Origin: Octopus sinensis
Taxonomy: Eukaryota
DNA length: 64,000 nt
Reading direction: 5' to 3'
Assembly: GCF_006345805.1 (NCBI RefSeq)
Contig: NC_043018.1
Location: 19,778,001 to 19,842,000 of the forward strand
The position numbers and the translations under genes are program-made. Below are positions 63,320 through 64,000 of this stretch, piece by piece (position 1 is the first letter of the stretch; each line of letters opens with the position of its first letter). The notes under the pieces are model-generated. The model did no database searches. It saw only the letters and a list, made by a program, of their open reading frames with translations, and had not been told where the DNA came from.

Positions 63320-63482
63320 AGTGACCTAAATGAAAACCTTCCTTCAAAATTCCTTGTTAATCTATGTTCCAAACACTAGCATAATAATGACAAAATTATT
63401 TTACTGAATTATCCATCGTTTTCAAAATGAAATTAAATGAAGGTTGTGTATAACAGCAGAAATATGGTAACAAAGGGTTAAG
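63320..63482. mobile_element. older relative of the piggyBac-type MITE (right end)
   Basis: ATGTTCCAAACACTAGC...TATGGTAACAAAGGGTTAA resembles the 36.6-37.5 kb units. Confidence 0.5.
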
Positions 63483-63798
63483 CTGTTGTATATGCTTCAG
63501 TGAAGACAAATATTTTATTTTCACAAAGATTTTCATGTTGAAGTAGTGGTTGTCTTAAACTTGCAAAATCTCATATTTTGAAAGATTCTGTGAAGATTCA
63601 CAAAGACTTTCTAACAAGTTATTAATTCTCACAAGACTGCCTTTGATGAGGGAAAATTAAAAAGGGAAAAAAACAACTTTAATTTGAAGAAATGTAGTGC
63701 ATATCGTGACCTTCATTTCTGACCTAGTGTATCTAAGACTCCATTGTACACCATGTCTTCTTTTTTGTAAAATGATTTGGTATGATTTAATCCTTTAG

Positions 63799-63839
<41 letters not shown>

Positions 63840-63840
<1 letters not shown>

Positions 63841-64000
63841 TAGCAGTATCGCCCGGCGTTGCTCGGGTTTGTAAGGGAAATAACTATATAAGCATTTTTA
63901 GAGAGTTATAGCCAAAAATGCATTAAAAATGGAAAAAATATGATGGTAAATTTTTTTTTAAATCGTTGACTCATCGTAGACATTTTTAGAGAGTTACTTC
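63840..64000 (-). mobile_element. non-autonomous Helitron 3' part (runs off the window)
   Basis: CTAGCAGTATCGCCCGGCGTTGCTCGGG is the reverse complement of the family 3' end. Confidence 0.8.

Overview
AT-rich, microsatellite-dense animal genomic DNA, most likely Octopus or another cephalopod (inferred from the SINE families and the (TA)n/(CAT)n/(TAA)n load). No protein-coding gene can be identified with confidence. The window looks intronic or intergenic, with only weak splice-signal candidates, mostly on the + strand. Most ORFs in the supplied track are microsatellite artefacts. The recognisable content is: several tRNA-derived or RTE-tailed SINE families, 5'-truncated RTE, CR1/L2 and R4/Dong LINEs, Tc1/mariner fragments, a non-autonomous Helitron family, piggyBac-type and foldback MITEs, and local tandem arrays. 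The main non-obvious signal is a set of about eight type I hammerhead-ribozyme-like motifs with palindromic stem III, in short (TA)n-flanked repeats. Two have an intact CUGANGA/GAAA core (5007-5093 and 33418-33481), and three lie co-oriented within about 730 bp (32990-33723). A strong AG|GTAAGT recursive-splice-like site lies at 22447. Repeat boundaries were read by eye and are approximate; no searches or folding programs were run.
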